Assembly: GCF_003334255.1 (NCBI RefSeq)
Contig: NZ_QOWU01000019.1
DNA length: 64,000 nucleotides
Source of the DNA: Escherichia coli
GTDB lineage: Bacteria; Pseudomonadota; Gammaproteobacteria; Enterobacterales; Enterobacteriaceae
Direction: 5' to 3' (one strand)
The position numbers were made by a program, and so were the translations under genes. The notes under the pieces are model-generated. The model made no database searches. It saw nothing but the letters and a program-made list of their open reading frames with translations, and was not told the origin of the DNA. This document shows, piece by piece, positions 41,235 to 58,022 of the stretch (position 1 is its first letter; each line of letters starts with the position of its first letter).

Positions 41235-42647
41235 ATGGTAGATCAGGTAAAAGTCGTTGCCGATGATCAGGCTCCGGCTGAACAGTCGCTACGGCGCAAT
41301 CTCACAAACCGACATATTCAGCTTATTGCCATTGGCGGTGCCATTGGTACGGGGTTGTTTATGGGGTCTGGCAAAACGATTAGCCTTGCCGGGCCGTCGA
41401 TCATTTTCGTTTATATGATCATCGGTTTTATGCTCTTTTTCGTGATGCGGGCAATGGGGGAATTGCTGCTTTCGAATCTGGAATACAAATCTTTTAGTGA
41501 CTTCGCTTCCGATTTACTCGGGCCGTGGGCAGGATATTTCACCGGCTGGACTTACTGGTTCTGCTGGGTTGTAACCGGTATGGCAGACGTGGTGGCGATC
41601 ACTGCTTATGCTCAGTTCTGGTTCCCCGATCTCTCCGACTGGGTCGCCTCGCTGGCGGTGATAGTGCTGCTGTTGACGCTCAACCTTGCCACCGTGAAAA
41701 TGTTCGGTGAGATGGAGTTCTGGTTTGCGATGATCAAAATCGTCGCCATCGTGTCGCTGATTGTCGTCGGCCTGGTCATGGTGGCGATGCACTTTCAGTC
41801 ACCGACCGGTGTGGAAGCGTCATTCGCGCATTTGTGGAATGACGGCGGCTGGTTCCCGAAAGGTTTAAGTGGCTTCTTTGCCGGATTCCAGATAGCGGTT
41901 TTCGCTTTCGTGGGGATTGAGCTGGTAGGTACAACAGCTGCGGAAACCAAAGATCCGGAGAAATCACTGCCACGCGCGATTAACTCCATTCCGATCCGTA
42001 TCATTATGTTCTACGTCTTCGCGCTGATTGTGATTATGTCCGTGACGCCGTGGAGTTCGGTAGTCCCGGAGAAAAGCCCGTTTGTTGAACTGTTCGTGTT
42101 GGTAGGGCTGCCTGCTGCCGCAAGCGTGATCAACTTTGTGGTGCTGACCTCTGCGGCGTCTTCCGCTAACAGCGGCGTCTTCTCTACCAGCCGTATGCTG
42201 TTTGGTCTGGCGCAGGAAGGTGTGGCACCGAAAGCGTTCGCTAAACTTTCTAAGCGCGCAGTACCAGCGAAAGGGCTGACCTTCTCCTGCATCTGCCTGC
42301 TCGGTGGCGTGGTGATGCTGTATGTGAATCCTAGCGTGATTGGCGCGTTCACGATGATTACAACCGTTTCCGCGATTCTGTTTATGTTCGTCTGGACGAT
42401 TATCCTTTGCTCGTACCTGGTTTACCGCAAACAGCGTCCTCATCTGCATGAGAAGTCGATCTACAAGATGCCGCTCGGCAAGCTGATGTGCTGGGTATGT
42501 ATGGCGTTCTTTGTGTTCGTGGTCGTGTTGCTGACACTGGAAGATGACACTCGCCAGGCGCTGTTGGTCACCCCGCTGTGGTTTATCGCACTGGGGCTGG
42601 GCTGGTTGTTTATTGGTAAGAAGCGGGCTGCTGAACTGCGGAAATAA
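41235..42647 (+). CDS. cycA: D-serine/D-alanine/glycine transporter CycA (APC family)
   Basis: 470 aa, 12-TM amino-acid permease; MVDQVKVVADDQAPAEQSLRRNLTNRHIQLIAIGGAIGTGLFMGSG…. Confidence 0.9.
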   Translation: MVDQVKVVADDQAPAEQSLRRNLTNRHIQLIAIGGAIGTGLFMGSGKTISLAGPSIIFVYMIIGFMLFFVMRAMGELLLSNLEYKSFSDFASDLLGPWAGYFTGWTYWFCWVVTGMADVVAITAYAQFWFPDLSDWVASLAVIVLLLTLNLATVKMFGEMEFWFAMIKIVAIVSLIVVGLVMVAMHFQSPTGVEASFAHLWNDGGWFPKGLSGFFAGFQIAVFAFVGIELVGTTAAETKDPEKSLPRAINSIPIRIIMFYVFALIVIMSVTPWSSVVPEKSPFVELFVLVGLPAAASVINFVVLTSAASSANSGVFSTSRMLFGLAQEGVAPKAFAKLSKRAVPAKGLTFSCICLLGGVVMLYVNPSVIGAFTMITTVSAILFMFVWTIILCSYLVYRKQRPHLHEKSIYKMPLGKLMCWVCMAFFVFVVVLLTLEDDTRQALLVTPLWFIALGLGWLFIGKKRAAELRK

Positions 42648-42691
42648 CCGCATTATCATGCTGGATGGCGCAATGCCATCCAGCTTTTAGA

Positions 42692-43354
42692 TTACTCACC
42701 CGCCAGCGCGCGTGGGAACAGTACATTGTTTTCCAGACTGATGTGATCCATCAGGTCATCAATCAGTTCATTAATGCCGTTATACATCGCTTTCCAGGTG
42801 GTGCAGGCTTCTGGCGGCGGTGTGACGTTATTGGTAGTGTGTTTGATCACTTCCAGCAGTTCGCCCGCTTCATCGTGCTCGCTTTCCATTACGCTGATTG
42901 GCCCCATTGCCTGGCTGCCCATGCCTTGTTTGATCATCGGGAAGAGGATCTGCTCTTCTTTCATCATGTGGCTGGAAAGCTCTTCATGCAGCATGGTCAG
43001 GTATTTTGTCAGCCCTTTTGGCACGCTCGGTTTGTCGGCGTGAACGCGCTCGACTTTAGTCGCTTGCAGGATCAGCTCCGGCAGTTGCTCGCGGTGACGA
43101 TCGTGGTAGCGCACGATGATATGGTCGATGATTTCTGCCAGCGGGGCGCTACGCCAGTCTTTCTCAATCGGTTGTTCAGCAAGCTTTGCCAGCTCAGCTT
43201 CAATGACCTCAACATCCAGTTCTTTACGTGCCGCCGCACGCGCCAGCGTTTGCTTACCGCCGCAGCAGTAATCCATATCATATTTACGAAACAGAGCCGA
43301 AGCGCGAGGGATAGAGAGCGCCAGTTCACCTAAAGGTTGGTCGCGATAAGCCAT
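42692..43354 (-). CDS. ytfE: Iron-sulfur cluster repair di-iron protein YtfE (RIC)
   Basis: 220 aa, [42 protein letters not shown]… with hemerythrin-like HxxxE motifs. Confidence 0.9.
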   Translation of the reverse strand: MAYRDQPLGELALSIPRASALFRKYDMDYCCGGKQTLARAAARKELDVEVIEAELAKLAEQPIEKDWRSAPLAEIIDHIIVRYHDRHREQLPELILQATKVERVHADKPSVPKGLTKYLTMLHEELSSHMMKEEQILFPMIKQGMGSQAMGPISVMESEHDEAGELLEVIKHTTNNVTPPPEACTTWKAMYNGINELIDDLMDHISLENNVLFPRALAGE

Positions 43355-43380
43355 AGCTGATACCTCATTCTTAATAAGAT

Positions 43381-43403
43381 AAGATGTATTTTAAATGCAT
43401 CTT
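43381..43403. promoter_or_regulatory. NsrR operator in the ytfE promoter
   Basis: Near-perfect 23-bp palindrome AAGATGTATTTTAAATGCATCTT, matching the NsrR consensus AAGATGCATTTAAAATACATCTT; ~27 bp upstream of the ytfE start codon. Confidence 0.75.
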
Positions 43404-43461
43404 TAAGGCAAATGCTATAACCCTTACGTAGCAGAGGCTTATTTAACTCACTGCCAGTATG

Positions 43462-44436
43462 TCAACTTTCTGAGACAGATTCAGTTAAAGGCTTTTCCGG
43501 TTTTGCTCTGACTGCAATGACCACGCCAACCACTAACAGCGCGATACCGCTCAGCGTCATCAGCGGCGGCATTTGCTGGCGTATCAAAAAGGTGTACAGC
43601 AAACCTGCCAGTGTTTCGAAAACGATCAGCGGCCCGAGAATCACTGTCGGTAATCGCTGGCTGGCGACGTTCCAGCAGAGTGCGCCAACCCATGAGCAAA
43701 GCACGGCTATCGCAACCATCAGACTAATAAACACCAGCGGACGGGGGCCAAAAGGTAAGGAGAAGTCCGGCGTTTGTATATTCAGCCAGTAACAGGCGAC
43801 GAGATAGCCGATGAGAGAAACCGGCAGCGTGACCAGCGCCTGCGCCGTCGCCCACATCATCGGATGTTTGTCGGGATTTTCCCGCAGCCAGCGGGCGTTG
43901 CGCAGGGCATACCATGCCCAGCAGACCACGGAAACTAACGCTAGCACGATGCCAGAGGTATAACGTGCCCAGTCAAAATCGGGGAGTCCGTGGTTTAACT
44001 CAGCAATATTCACACACGCCAGGCCGATGCCAATACAAATCAGTGCCGGGGCGAGTTTTCCCCACGCGAGTTTGCCGTCGCGCTGGCTATAAAGCAGATT
44101 GGCAAAGACAGGAATGACCACCGGCAGGGTGCCAATAATCATCGTAGAAACAGGCGCGCCAGTACGTTGAATGGCACTGGCAAGGCAGAAGTAATAGATG
44201 AGGTTGCCCATCATAGTGAGCATCAAGGCGGTAAGCCAGTCGCGACGCGCCAACTGACGCAGACGCACGCGTCCCAGCCAGGCAATGGGTAGCGCAATTA
44301 ACCCTAACGCCAGATAACGCCCCATCGACTGCAACATCGCCGGGTATTCCGGCACGATCAACGGCCCGACAAAAATAAGCCCCCACATCAACCCTGCTAA
44401 CAGGGCGTACAGCACGCCGCTAATCATTACTGGCAT
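43462..44436 (-). CDS. ytfF: Inner membrane DMT-superfamily (EamA-like) transporter YtfF
   Basis: 324 aa polytopic membrane protein in the conserved ytfE-ytfF-qorB context. Confidence 0.8.
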   Translation of the reverse strand: MPVMISGVLYALLAGLMWGLIFVGPLIVPEYPAMLQSMGRYLALGLIALPIAWLGRVRLRQLARRDWLTALMLTMMGNLIYYFCLASAIQRTGAPVSTMIIGTLPVVIPVFANLLYSQRDGKLAWGKLAPALICIGIGLACVNIAELNHGLPDFDWARYTSGIVLALVSVVCWAWYALRNARWLRENPDKHPMMWATAQALVTLPVSLIGYLVACYWLNIQTPDFSLPFGPRPLVFISLMVAIAVLCSWVGALCWNVASQRLPTVILGPLIVFETLAGLLYTFLIRQQMPPLMTLSGIALLVVGVVIAVRAKPEKPLTESVSES

Positions 44437-44535
44437 CCATTGGTCTGTCAGAAGAAACGTTCAGGAAGCAGACATGATTGCTCCCGGCATCCCGTCATTA
44501 TCAGAGAGGATGCGGGAGGATGCCACTTTAATTAA

Positions 44536-45396
44536 CTATTTATTAACATTAAAAAGATGGCTTACGCTTTCGGCTAACGTTGTCGTTGGGCGGCCAATCA
44601 ATTTGCTCAGCGTTTTGCTGTCATCAAACAGACCGCCTTTCGATGCGCCAACGTCAGAATCCGCCAGCATATCCGCCAGTCCGTCAGGCAGGCCAACGCT
44701 TTTCAGCGCCGCAGCGAAATCGGTTTCGCTCAGATTTTGATAGGTAACCTGTTTGCCGCTCTGTTTGGTCAGCTCTGCCGCTAACTGTGTCAACGTCCAG
44801 GCACTATCGCCCGCCAGCTCGTAAACCTTGCCTTCGTGACCGGCTTCGCTAATCACGCATGCCGCAGCTGCCGCATAATCTGCCCGCGTTGCCGAGGCAA
44901 TTTTGCCATCGCCCGCGGCACCGATAAATACGCCGTGCTCCAGTGCTGCCGGGGCGCTGGCGAGATAGTTTTCGGTGTACCAGCCGTTGCGCAGCAGGGT
45001 GTAAACGATGCCAGAATCAGCCAACATTTTCTCCGTCTCGATGTGCTCATCGGCGAGGCCGAGCGGAGATTTATCCGCGTGAAGCAGACTGGTATAAGCG
45101 ATAAATTTCACGCCAGCCGTCTTTCCGGCATTAATAACATTACGATGCTGCGGGGCACGTTGACCCACTTCGCTGGAAGAGATCAGCAGTAGTTTTTCCA
45201 CTCCCTGAAGTGCAGATGTCAGTGCGGCTTCATCGCCGTAGTCAGCCTGACGCACGGTAATGCCTTGTGCTGTCAGTGCCTGGGCTTTTGCCGGATTACG
45301 AACGATAGCCACTATTTGGCTGGCAGGAACCGTTTTCATCAAGGATTTAATAACATAGTGACCAAGTTGGCCAGTGGCACCAGTAATAGCGATCAT
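44536..45396 (-). CDS. qorB: NAD(P)H:quinone oxidoreductase QorB (YtfG), NmrA-like
   Basis: 286 aa, N-terminal MIAITGATGQLGHYVIKSL Rossmann motif. Confidence 0.85.
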   Translation of the reverse strand: MIAITGATGQLGHYVIKSLMKTVPASQIVAIVRNPAKAQALTAQGITVRQADYGDEAALTSALQGVEKLLLISSSEVGQRAPQHRNVINAGKTAGVKFIAYTSLLHADKSPLGLADEHIETEKMLADSGIVYTLLRNGWYTENYLASAPAALEHGVFIGAAGDGKIASATRADYAAAAACVISEAGHEGKVYELAGDSAWTLTQLAAELTKQSGKQVTYQNLSETDFAAALKSVGLPDGLADMLADSDVGASKGGLFDDSKTLSKLIGRPTTTLAESVSHLFNVNK

Positions 45397-45484
45397 GGGA
45401 AGTCTCCATCGTTTTGTCTTGTGTTTAAATACGCTAACACCTAAACTTACTTTTAGTAAGTACGTACAAAAAGGTAAGTATGAA

Positions 45485-45865
45485 ATGAGTCAGGTTAGCC
45501 TGTCACAACAACTGAAAGAGGGTAATCTCTTTGCGGAACAGTGCCCGTCGCGCGAGGTGTTGAAACACGTCACCAGCCGTTGGGGGGTGTTGATTCTGGT
45601 GGCGCTACGCGAAGGTACTCATCGCTTTAGCGACCTGCGGCGCAAAATCGGTGGGGTGAGTGAAAAGATGCTTGCGCAGTCGTTACAGGCGTTAGAACAG
45701 GATGGTTTTCTTAACCGTATCGCGTATCCGGTGGTGCCGCCGCATGTGGAATATAGCCTCACGCCGCTGGGCGAGCAGGTGAGCGAAAAGGTTGCTGCAC
45801 TGGTGGACTGGATTGAGTTGAATTTGCCCGAGGTGTTGGCGGTGCGGGATGAACGTGCGGCATAA
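45485..45865 (+). CDS. ytfH: HxlR-family transcriptional regulator YtfH
   Basis: 126 aa from MSQVSLSQQLKEGNLFAEQCPSREVLKHVTSRWGVLILVAL…; divergent from qorB. Confidence 0.85.
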   Translation: MSQVSLSQQLKEGNLFAEQCPSREVLKHVTSRWGVLILVALREGTHRFSDLRRKIGGVSEKMLAQSLQALEQDGFLNRIAYPVVPPHVEYSLTPLGEQVSEKVAALVDWIELNLPEVLAVRDERAA

Positions 45866-45869
45866 CTGC

Positions 45870-45975
45870 CGGCTGCGCTTATCCGGCCTACGGTTCATGA
45901 CTTGTAGGGCGGATAAGATGCGCCAGCATCGCATCCGACAAAAGTGCCGGATGCGGTTGATGATTTATAGGCCGA
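45870..45975. repeat. REP/BIME-type extragenic palindromic repeats
   Basis: Repeated gccggatgcgg / ttatccggcctac-type palindromic units between ytfH and cpdB. Confidence 0.6.
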
Positions 45976-45987
45976 AAAAGAAGTGTA

Positions 45988-47931
45988 TTACTTACTCAAA
46001 TCCACCTGATAAATCGCAAACCCGATATCATCGGTCGCGACTTTATTCATCGGATATTGCCCTTTCTCTTTAATAAACGCCGCGGCTTTATCTGATGGAG
46101 AGGTTTCGAAACGGATATCCAGTTTCTTATCGCCAGCTATCGGTGCTAAACGCCAGTTGTTATCTGCCGCCGGGTGAATTTCCCCCGCACGTTTCGACTC
46201 ATCAGCAATCCACGCTGCCAGCACCGAGCGGTTCTCATCCGGTGAAGCAAAAGCGATATGGCTGTCGCCCGTACCGGCAAATTTGCCGCCGTAAGCGCGA
46301 TAGTTATTGGTGGCAACCAGGAACATGGCGTTCGGATCAATCGGCTTGCCATTAAAGGTCAGGTTCTTAATCCTTTCCGCATTGGCATTAACCATCTGGC
46401 ACTCGCCGTCATAACGGGCAGGCTGGGTAACATCAATCTGATAATTCACACCATCAATCACATCAAAGTTATAGGTGCGGAAACCATCCCAGTTGATGAG
46501 TGACTGTGGTTTCGTGTTGTCAGGATCAATCTGGTTAAACTGTCCGGCGGAGCACTCCAGCCACTCTTTCACCTCTTTACCGCTGGCTTTCACCACAATC
46601 AGCGTATTGGGGTAGAGATAAAGATCGGCGGCATTACGGAAGGTCAACTGGCCTTTTTCCACCTCCACATAGCTTGCCGGATCATTTTTGCGACCACCAA
46701 CTTTAAACGGTGCAGCAGCTGAAAGCACCGGCAGTTTTGCCAGATCCGGATCGCCCTGAATGTAATGCTCGACATACGCTTTTTGCGCGTTGTTCACCAC
46801 CTGCACGGTCGGATCGTCCTGCACCAGCGCCAGATAGCTATACATATTGTCGGCGGATTTACCGATTGGCTTGCTGACGAACTGGCGTGTGGCATCGTGA
46901 TCGGCTTTGAGTGTTTCTACCAGCTTGCTGTCTTCCGCCGCGAGGGATTTTTTATTGGCGATGTCGTAAATCGGCCGTGCTTCCGCTTTCGCCTGCGTCA
47001 CCTGCCATTTACCGCTGTTATTACTGAGTTGTAAGTCGACCACCCCAAGATGATCGCCCCACATGCCCGGCATTACCGCCGGAACACCATTCAGCGTGCC
47101 TTTCGCGATATCAGCCCCTTCGATATCAGCAAAATCTTTACCTGGGAAAACGGCGTGAGCATGGCCAAACATAATGGCGTTAACGCCAGGAATTTCACTG
47201 AGGTAATAAACTGAGTTTTCCGCCATCACTTTATACGGATCGGCAGATAGCCCGGAATGCGCCAGAACGACAACGACATCGGCACCTTTCTCGCGCATTT
47301 CAGGCACGTATTTGCGCACGGTTTCGGTAATATCATTCACCGTCACTTTTCCGGATAAATTAGCTTTATCCCAGCCCATGATTTGCGGCGGCACGACGCC
47401 AATATAGCCAATCTTCAGCGTCTGTTTTTTTCCGTCTTTATCGACCACTTCGGTATCTTTAATTAAATACGGTGTAAACATTGGCTGTTTGGTTCTGGCG
47501 TCAATGACGTTGGCATTTACATAAGGGAATTTCGCTCCCGCCAACGCATTTTTCAGGTAATCCAGACCGTAGTTAAATTCATGATTGCCGAGTGTACCGA
47601 CCGTATAATCCAGCGTATTCAGCGCCTTATAAACCGGATGAACATCACCTGCTTTTAATCCTTTCGCCGATATGTAATCGGCCAGCGGACTCCCCTGAAT
47701 CAAATCGCCGTTATCGACCAGTACGCTGTTTTTCACTTCATTGCGGGCATCGTTAATCAGGCTTGCCGTACGTACCAGTCCGAATTTTTCCGTGGCGGTG
47801 TCTTTGTAATAATCGAAATCCATCATGTTGCTATGCAGATCAGTGGTTTCCATGATACGTAGATCGACCGTCGCTGCATTCACACTGGCGGCAATCAGCG
47901 TGGCCAGGAGCGTTGCGCTAAACTTAATCAT
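45988..47931 (-). CDS. cpdB: 2',3'-cyclic-nucleotide 2'-phosphodiesterase / 3'-nucleotidase CpdB
   Basis: Start set at [33 protein letters not shown] (signal peptide); metallophosphatase and 5'-nucleotidase C-terminal regions. Confidence 0.9.
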   Translation of the reverse strand: MIKFSATLLATLIAASVNAATVDLRIMETTDLHSNMMDFDYYKDTATEKFGLVRTASLINDARNEVKNSVLVDNGDLIQGSPLADYISAKGLKAGDVHPVYKALNTLDYTVGTLGNHEFNYGLDYLKNALAGAKFPYVNANVIDARTKQPMFTPYLIKDTEVVDKDGKKQTLKIGYIGVVPPQIMGWDKANLSGKVTVNDITETVRKYVPEMREKGADVVVVLAHSGLSADPYKVMAENSVYYLSEIPGVNAIMFGHAHAVFPGKDFADIEGADIAKGTLNGVPAVMPGMWGDHLGVVDLQLSNNSGKWQVTQAKAEARPIYDIANKKSLAAEDSKLVETLKADHDATRQFVSKPIGKSADNMYSYLALVQDDPTVQVVNNAQKAYVEHYIQGDPDLAKLPVLSAAAPFKVGGRKNDPASYVEVEKGQLTFRNAADLYLYPNTLIVVKASGKEVKEWLECSAGQFNQIDPDNTKPQSLINWDGFRTYNFDVIDGVNYQIDVTQPARYDGECQMVNANAERIKNLTFNGKPIDPNAMFLVATNNYRAYGGKFAGTGDSHIAFASPDENRSVLAAWIADESKRAGEIHPAADNNWRLAPIAGDKKLDIRFETSPSDKAAAFIKEKGQYPMNKVATDDIGFAIYQVDLSK

Positions 47932-48120
47932 CAGGGACATCCTTTTATCATCGGGAATACGAAAGAAAAGGGAGAATAAACGCCTTACTTATAGAACAGT
48001 GAAGAATGCCACAATTTTACGCTTTGAAAATGATGACACTATCACAGTTGGCGCATTCATTAACGATAGGGTATAAGTAAAACAATAAGTTAACACCGCT
48101 CACAGAGACGAGGTGGAGAA

Positions 48121-48861
48121 ATGTTAGATCAAGTATGCCAGCTTGCACGGAATGCAGGCGATGCCATTATGCAGGTCTACGACGGGACGAAACCGATGGA
48201 CGTCGTCAGCAAAGCGGACAATTCTCCGGTAACGGCAGCGGATATTGCCGCTCACACCGTTATCATGGACGGTTTACGTACGCTGACACCGGATATTCCG
48301 GTCCTTTCTGAAGAAGATCCTCCCGGTTGGGAAGTCCGTCAGCACTGGCAGCGTTACTGGCTGGTAGACCCGCTGGATGGTACTAAAGAGTTTATTAAAC
48401 GTAATGGCGAATTCACCGTTAACATTGCGCTCATTGACCATGGCAAACCGATTTTAGGTGTGGTGTATGCGCCGGTAATGAACATAATGTACAGCGCGGC
48501 AGAAGGCAAGGCCTGGAAAGAAGAGTGCGGTGTGCGCAAGCAGATTCAGGTCCGCGATGCGCGCCCGCCGCTGGTGGTTATCAGCCGTTCCCATGCAGAT
48601 GCGGAGCTGAAAGAGTATCTGCAACAGCTTGGCGAACATCAGACCACGTCCATCGGCTCTTCGCTGAAATTCTGCCTGGTGGCGGAAGGGCAGGCGCAGC
48701 TGTACCCGCGCTTCGGACCAACGAATATTTGGGATACCGCCGCTGGTCATGCTGTGGCTGCAGCTGCCGGAGCGCACGTTCATGACTGGCAGGGTAAACC
48801 GCTGGATTACACTCCGCGCGAGTCGTTCCTGAATCCGGGATTCAGAGTGTCTATTTATTAA
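48121..48861 (+). CDS. cysQ: 3'(2'),5'-bisphosphate nucleotidase CysQ
   Basis: 246 aa inositol-monophosphatase-fold protein (…[31 protein letters not shown]…). Confidence 0.9.
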   Translation: MLDQVCQLARNAGDAIMQVYDGTKPMDVVSKADNSPVTAADIAAHTVIMDGLRTLTPDIPVLSEEDPPGWEVRQHWQRYWLVDPLDGTKEFIKRNGEFTVNIALIDHGKPILGVVYAPVMNIMYSAAEGKAWKEECGVRKQIQVRDARPPLVVISRSHADAELKEYLQQLGEHQTTSIGSSLKFCLVAEGQAQLYPRFGPTNIWDTAAGHAVAAAAGAHVHDWQGKPLDYTPRESFLNPGFRVSIY

Positions 48862-49408
48862 TTAATTTATGCAGCAGGTCCATCACTTGCTGCACCTCTT
48901 CCTGTGTGAGCGCCCCGTCTTTGGCCCATTGCACGCGACCATCCTTATCCAGCACCACTACAGCGGAACTTTCTTCATCCAGCTGCCAGGCACCGCGCGC
49001 GACGCCATTGCTATCGACAATAAACTGCGACCAGGGATAAAGCTTTTTATTACTCTCCAGACTGCTGCGCACAAACATCCCTGAACCCGGAATCGCGTCG
49101 TCGGTGTTAACAATGGTGGTGGTCTGGTAGCGATCGTGCGGTAACTTCGCTGATTTAATCGCTTCAATCAGCGTCGCGTTTTTCTCTTTTGCAGAGGTGC
49201 GACCAGCAATATGTTGCAGTACTCGCACTTTTCCCACTAACTGTGCGCTGTTCCAGGTTTTGTAGCTAAACTGATCTTTATCAAGCACCAACTCGCCTCG
49301 ATCGGTAATGCCAATCGGCGGCACTCGCTGACCGGTTTCGAACTGATGTGCGGAAGCCATCATCGGCAACAGCAGGCAGGTGAGTGCCAGAATCTTGCGT
49401 AGGGTCAT
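48851..49408 (-). CDS. ytfJ: Periplasmic protein YtfJ
   Basis: 185 aa with signal peptide; convergent with cysQ, 3' ends overlapping by ~11 nt. Confidence 0.8.
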   Translation of the reverse strand: MTLRKILALTCLLLPMMASAHQFETGQRVPPIGITDRGELVLDKDQFSYKTWNSAQLVGKVRVLQHIAGRTSAKEKNATLIEAIKSAKLPHDRYQTTTIVNTDDAIPGSGMFVRSSLESNKKLYPWSQFIVDSNGVARGAWQLDEESSAVVVLDKDGRVQWAKDGALTQEEVQQVMDLLHKLINK

Positions 49409-49732
49409 GGTGTTTCCTTCTTATGATATGCAGGTGATCCGACCACTTGGGTCTGAGTTTTAATCATATGTGCTATTTATCGAATTTCCCGCAAGTGTGA
49501 TGCCAGTTTGCGGTCAAGCGCACAAATCATATGAAAAATGAATGCTTATACTGAAGACCGCGCTTCGGTAAAAAGATAATTCTGAATAATTGTAACCTTT
49601 AGGTAAAAAAAGTTATACGCGGTGGAAACATTGCCCGGATAGTCTATAGTCACTAAGCATTAAAATTTGCGCCTCATAATAGTTGGGCCGATTGTGGCAC
49701 CGCACAGGCGTAATACTCAGCAGGAGATAACA

Positions 49733-49939
49733 ATGAAAATTTTCCAACGGTACAACCCACTTCAGGTGGCGAAGTACGTAAAGATCCTGTTCCGTGGACG
49801 GTTATACATCAAGGACGTTGGCGCTTTTGAATTTGATAAGGGTAAGATTCTTATCCCAAAAGTGAAGGATAAGCTGCATTTGTCAGTGATGTCCGAAGTT
49901 AACCGTCAGGTTATGCGTCTGCAAACAGAGATGGCTTAA
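49733..49939 (+). CDS. ytfK: Small protein YtfK (DUF1107)
   Basis: 68 aa from [38 protein letters not shown]…. Confidence 0.85.
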
Positions 49940-49962
49940 CCAAAGTGCTATGCAGTAATAAG

Positions 49963-49985
49963 ACGGCTCCTGATTCAGGAGCCGT
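49963..49985. terminator. Bidirectional terminator-like hairpin between convergent ytfK and ytfL
   Basis: Perfect stem acggctcc/ggagccgt with 7-nt loop. Confidence 0.55.
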
Positions 49986-50000
49986 TGATGTTTCTGGGGG

Positions 50001-51344
50001 TTACGCGACGCTTTCTTCTTTATCTTTAGCGTCAGGCAGTTTTGGCGAAAGGGCGGTGGCCTTGCTGTCGATCCGGGTCACCAGCAGCTGGTCGATGCGG
50101 TAGTTATCGATATCCACCACTTCAAATTTGTAGCCGGCGAATTTCACCGAATCGGTGCGTTTCGGGATCTTACGCAGCATAAACATCATAAAGCCGCCGA
50201 TGGTTTCGTAGTTGCCCGACTGCGGGAACTCGTCAATATCCAGCACGCGCATGACGTCGTCAATTGGGGTGCCGCCGTCAATCAGCCATGAGTTCTCATC
50301 ACGGGCGACAATCTGCTCTTCCAGCCCCTGACCGACTAGATCGCCCATCAGCGTGGTCATCACGTCATTGAGGGTGATGATCCCCACCACCAGCGCGTAC
50401 TCGTTCATGATCACCGCGAAGTCTTCACCTGCGGTTTTAAAACTTTCCAACGCCTCTGAAAGGGTTAACGTATCCGGCACAATCAGCGTGTTGCGAATTT
50501 GTACGCCGCTGTTCAGTGCCAGGCTTTGGTTAGCCAGCACGCGGTTCAGCAGGTCTTTAGAATCGACATAGCCGATGATGTGGTCAATATCTTCATTACA
50601 GACGAGGAACTTAGAGTGCGGATGTTCCGCCACCTTATTCTTCAGGCTTTGCTCATCTTCGTGGAGATCAAACCAAATCACGTTTTCACGCGGTGTCATT
50701 GACGACGGAACGGTACGGGATTCCAGCTCAAAGACGTTTTCAATCAGCTCGTGTTCCTGTTTACGTAACACGCCCGCCAGCGCACCGGCTTCCACTACCG
50801 CGTAGATGTCATCAGAAGTGATGTCATCTTTACGTACCATTGGCAGTTTGAAAATACGGAAGATTATGTTCGCCAGTCCGTTGAAGAACCACACCAGCGG
50901 GGTGCAAACGTACAGGCAGAAGCGCATCGGGTTGATGATACGCAAAGCGACAGCTTCTGGCGCAATCATACCGATGCGTTTCGGGGTTAAATCCGCAAAC
51001 AGGATAAACATGCCAGTCACTAACGAGAAAGAGAGAATAAAGCTCAGTTGCTCAGAGAGCTCTGCCGACATATAGCGGGAGAACAGGCTGTGAAAAGCTG
51101 GAGAAAATGCCGCATCACCGACGATACCGCCGAGAATCGCCACTGCGTTCAGACCGATTTGGACCACGGTAAAGAACATGCCGGGATTTTCCTGCATATT
51201 CAGAACGCGTTGGGCATTTATATTGCCTTCATCAGCCAGCAGTTTAAGTTTGATTTTGCGTGAGGCGGCAAGTGAGATCTCGGACATCGAGAAGAACGCA
51301 CTTACAGCGATCAAGCAGAGTATGACTAAAATACTGTTTAACAT
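50001..51344 (-). CDS. ytfL: Inner membrane protein YtfL (CNNM/CorC-HlyC family, DUF21-CBS-CorC_HlyC)
   Basis: 447 aa; N-terminal TM region, CBS pair and CorC/HlyC C-terminal region. Confidence 0.85.
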   Translation of the reverse strand: MLNSILVILCLIAVSAFFSMSEISLAASRKIKLKLLADEGNINAQRVLNMQENPGMFFTVVQIGLNAVAILGGIVGDAAFSPAFHSLFSRYMSAELSEQLSFILSFSLVTGMFILFADLTPKRIGMIAPEAVALRIINPMRFCLYVCTPLVWFFNGLANIIFRIFKLPMVRKDDITSDDIYAVVEAGALAGVLRKQEHELIENVFELESRTVPSSMTPRENVIWFDLHEDEQSLKNKVAEHPHSKFLVCNEDIDHIIGYVDSKDLLNRVLANQSLALNSGVQIRNTLIVPDTLTLSEALESFKTAGEDFAVIMNEYALVVGIITLNDVMTTLMGDLVGQGLEEQIVARDENSWLIDGGTPIDDVMRVLDIDEFPQSGNYETIGGFMMFMLRKIPKRTDSVKFAGYKFEVVDIDNYRIDQLLVTRIDSKATALSPKLPDAKDKEESVA

Positions 51345-51509
51345 ATCTTATCCGACCTTTCAGGCCAGATCCTCGGAAGGGGAAGTTGATTAATTTGTGT
51401 GAAATACACATTGAAAGCCGATTCGAAGAAAGTGAACCGGCATTTTCAGTGGCTAGTATAGCGTAAGGTACTGTAAAGTCGCCAGAGGGTTAAAATTCAG
51501 ACTGCTGAT

Positions 51510-51640
51510 AAATGCAATACTGCCTGATGCGCTATGCCAATCAGGCCTACGCAGTCCTTGCAATATATTGAATTTGGACGATTTTGTAGGCCTGGTAAGG
51601 CGTTTACGCCGCATCTGGCATAAATAAAGCGCACTTTATC
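51510..51640. repeat. REP/BIME-type extragenic palindromic repeats
   Basis: gcctgatgcg…caggcctac and taggcctggtaaggcgtttacgccgcatctggca units between msrA and ytfL; boundaries approximate. Confidence 0.5.
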
Positions 51641-51666
51641 AACAATCTACATTTGTACCCGTAACG

Positions 51667-52305
51667 CTATGCTTCCGGTGGCAGACAGACGCCAATTCCG
51701 CCAATTCCACAGTAACCATACGGGTTTTTATGCAGATATTGCTGGTGGTCATCTTCGGCATAATAAAACGGTGTGGCGTTAGCGATTTCCGTGGTGATGT
51801 GACGATCATCATCGGCGGCAAGCATCGCCGCCTGAAAACGTTCCAGACTGGCGCGAGCTGCGGCATCCTGTTCTGGGGTCAGCGGATAAATCGCTGAACG
51901 ATACTGCGTGCCGTGGTCATTGCCCTGACGCATTCCCTGGGCGGGATCGTGATTCTCCCAAAATACCTGTAGCAACTGCTCATAGCTGATGACGGAAGGA
52001 TCGTAAACAATGCGTACCGCTTCGGCATGACCCGTATCACCGGAGCACACTTCCCGATAAGTCGGATTTGGCGTATAGCCTCCGGTATAGCCTGCGGCGG
52101 TGCTGTAAACGCCGGGTAACTGCCAGAACAGACGCTCCACACCCCAGAAACAACCCATCGCAAAAATGGCAATCTCCATTCCGTCAGGTACATTGGTCAT
52201 TGAGTGACCGTTGACCGCATGCAGCGTGGCTACGGGCATCGGGGTGTTACGTCCAGGCAGGGCATCGGCGGGGGAAACCAGATGCTTTTTATCAAATAAA
52301 CTCAT
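51667..52305 (-). CDS. msrA: Peptide methionine sulfoxide reductase MsrA
   Basis: 212 aa from [62 protein letters not shown] (GCFWG active-site motif). Confidence 0.9.
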
Positions 52306-52468
52306 GGTGTCGCTCTCCCGAAAATCGGTCATTGGGGTTAAGGTTGTAACAAGAGGCGTATTTGCACACAATAACCACCGTGAATAGGTCTAAAGTAAAA
52401 CATAAGAAATATTTGGGGTTTAGTCTGCTTTTTAATCCATATTACTGGATTTTTGTTAAGCCGTTTAA

Positions 52469-58020
<5,552 letters not shown>

Positions 58021-58022
58021 CA

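Noticed and set aside
41964-42659. 231-aa minus-strand ORF inside cycA, and 222-aa plus-strand ORF (42665-43333) inside ytfE
   Set aside because: Both are antisense shadows of confidently identified genes with low-complexity, R/H/Q-rich translations.
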